Source: an uncultured Clostridia bacterium (GTDB lineage: Bacteria; Bacillota; Clostridia; Oscillospirales; Ruminococcaceae). From it: DNA of 46,392 nt. The notes beneath the pieces are model-generated. The model was given only the letters and a program-made list of their open reading frames with translations. It was not told the origin of the DNA and ran no database searches. The stretch spans positions 1 to 46,392 of the forward strand of contig CAMERU010000001.1 in assembly GCA_945935925.1 (NCBI GenBank). Direction: 5' to 3'. Positions 45,073 to 46,392 of the stretch are shown here, in pieces. A program made the position numbers and the translations under genes. The number at the start of each line of letters is the position of its first letter. Within the stretch, counting starts at the first letter, position 1.

Positions 45073-45861
45073 TTGGCAGATATGCTGAACGGTATTCTTT
45101 CGAGCAGCGAGCAGATCGCGGCGAATTACGAGAAGTACAAGGATAAGTTCACGAACTCCACGAGCGAGCTTGTAAACTCCGAAACGTTCCTTAGCCTTCT
45201 TGTAGCCGAAATGACCAATCAGGACCCGCTCGAGCCTACCACCAACACGGAGTTCATCACACAGATGGCGCAGTTCACACAGCTTCAGTACTCGCAGGAT
45301 TCAAGCAGGTATTCCATGGCAAATTACGCGGCGTCACTCGTCGGAAAGACAGCGACGGCAAGCATGATGGACGGCGGAGAGCTTGTCACAAAAACGGGCG
45401 TTGTTGAAAAGGTAGTCAAGAACGGCGACAATTACACCGTTTATATCGACGGTAAGGGCTTTGACCTTTCTAAGGTGACAACGGTCGAGGACAGCGAAAG
45501 CGCGTCGAACGGTTCGTCGGGTGGACTCGGAAACAGTATCGCGGCGGCTTCCATGATGATAGGAATGTACGCGGCGGTCAATGCAAAGACAGCTTCGGGA
45601 AACGTTGTTGACGCGGGTATCGTTGAATCGATACAGGTTAAGAACGGCGAGATAAGCGTTATCATAAACGGCGTTGCCTATAAGACGGACGACGTGGTTG
45701 AGGTAAGATACGCAAGCATTTCCGACGGCGAGGCTCCGGAGGATATACCCGAAGAACAGCCGACCGATGAGCCTGTCGAGCAGACGGGAGCGGTTCAACC
45801 CGAAACGGAGAATAATGATCTTGAGGATCTTGAGGATCTTGAAGATCCCGAGGAGATCTGA
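45073..45861 (+). CDS. flgD: Flagellar hook capping protein FlgD
   Basis: FLSLLVAEMTNQDPLEP, EFITQMAQFTQL, AASLVGK. TTG 45073 is best spaced from GGAG; ATG 45067 is the alternative. Confidence 0.92.
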   Translation: MADMLNGILSSSEQIAANYEKYKDKFTNSTSELVNSETFLSLLVAEMTNQDPLEPTTNTEFITQMAQFTQLQYSQDSSRYSMANYAASLVGKTATASMMDGGELVTKTGVVEKVVKNGDNYTVYIDGKGFDLSKVTTVEDSESASNGSSGGLGNSIAAASMMIGMYAAVNAKTASGNVVDAGIVESIQVKNGEISVIINGVAYKTDDVVEVRYASISDGEAPEDIPEEQPTDEPVEQTGAVQPETENNDLEDLEDLEDPEEI

Positions 45862-45882
45862 CAACAGCACGGAGGCTAAATT

Positions 45883-46293
45883 ATGCTGATAAGCGAATAT
45901 CTTGCGCTTCGCAATCAGATCAGCGTTACCACCGGGAACAGCACGGGGGCGGCGAACGGAATCGCGGCTCGGGAAACCGTGCAGGAGGGCGAAAGCTTTG
46001 CGGCGGCGTTACAGCGCAGGCTGGACGAGAAGCAGGGCGGCGTGGAATTTTCAAAGCACGCGATACAGCGCCTTGAGGAGCGCAGCATTGACCTTACCGA
46101 GGGCAACACTCTCGAGCGCCTTAACAAGGGCGTTGAGATAGCCGCGGACAAGGGCAGCAGCGAAACGCTTGTTCTGGTGGATAAGACAGCGTTTGTTGTG
46201 AGCGTAAAAAACAACAAGGTAATAACCACCATGTCCAACGAGGATCTGATGGGGAACATTTTTACAAACATTGATTCCACTGTGATAATATGA
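45883..46293 (+). CDS. Flagellar operon protein (TIGR02530 family)
   Basis: SFAAAL, FSKHAIQRLEER, KG....LVL, FVVSVKNNKVIT, NIFTNIDSTVI; lies between flgD and flgE. Confidence 0.9.
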   Translation: MLISEYLALRNQISVTTGNSTGAANGIAARETVQEGESFAAALQRRLDEKQGGVEFSKHAIQRLEERSIDLTEGNTLERLNKGVEIAADKGSSETLVLVDKTAFVVSVKNNKVITTMSNEDLMGNIFTNIDSTVII

Positions 46294-46372
46294 ACGGACC
46301 TACGGGAATTCATGCGGCGCTTGTGAATGAAGTGCCGCGCACGGCGGACAATGATAATACGGAGGTCAACTT

Positions 46373-46392
46373 ATGGTTAAATCACTCTATTC
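46373..46392 (+). CDS. flgE: Start of probable flagellar hook protein FlgE (3'-truncated by window)
   Basis: GGAGG RBS then MVKSLY..., resembling the MxRSLYS N-terminus; expected operon position. Only 6 full codons visible. Confidence 0.6.

Overview
Core-chromosome segment from a spore-forming, flagellated, anaerobic Bacillota member. Gene content and protein style suggest Oscillospiraceae/Ruminococcaceae (inference). Order: 5'-truncated tuf, a decayed XRE gene, cca, LacI regulator, spoIIR, lipoprotein, hprK-glucokinase-murB-rapZ-whiA-azlCD, ferredoxin and flavoprotein, DMT transporter, soluble PocR-domain chemoreceptor plus fucO, a 211-bp MITE-like insertion that duplicated a terminator, a YcxB / pyruvyltransferase-FrhB fusion / flippase-like operon, PASTA pseudokinase-pheA-ispDF, hypothetical-degV-sodC-ahcY-two-component system-punA-GNAT, trimeric [FeFe]-hydrogenase HydABC, and a divergent flagellar basal-body/hook operon (flgB to the start of flgE). 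I saw no CRISPR array, rRNA, tRNA, prophage or transposase. Best candidates for undescribed biology: the pyruvyltransferase-FrhB fusion operon, the PocR chemoreceptor-fucO pair, the catalytically degenerate PASTA kinase, the terminator-duplicating structured MITE, and an EF-Tu with an altered G4/G5 region. All calls come from manual motif reading; no searches were run.
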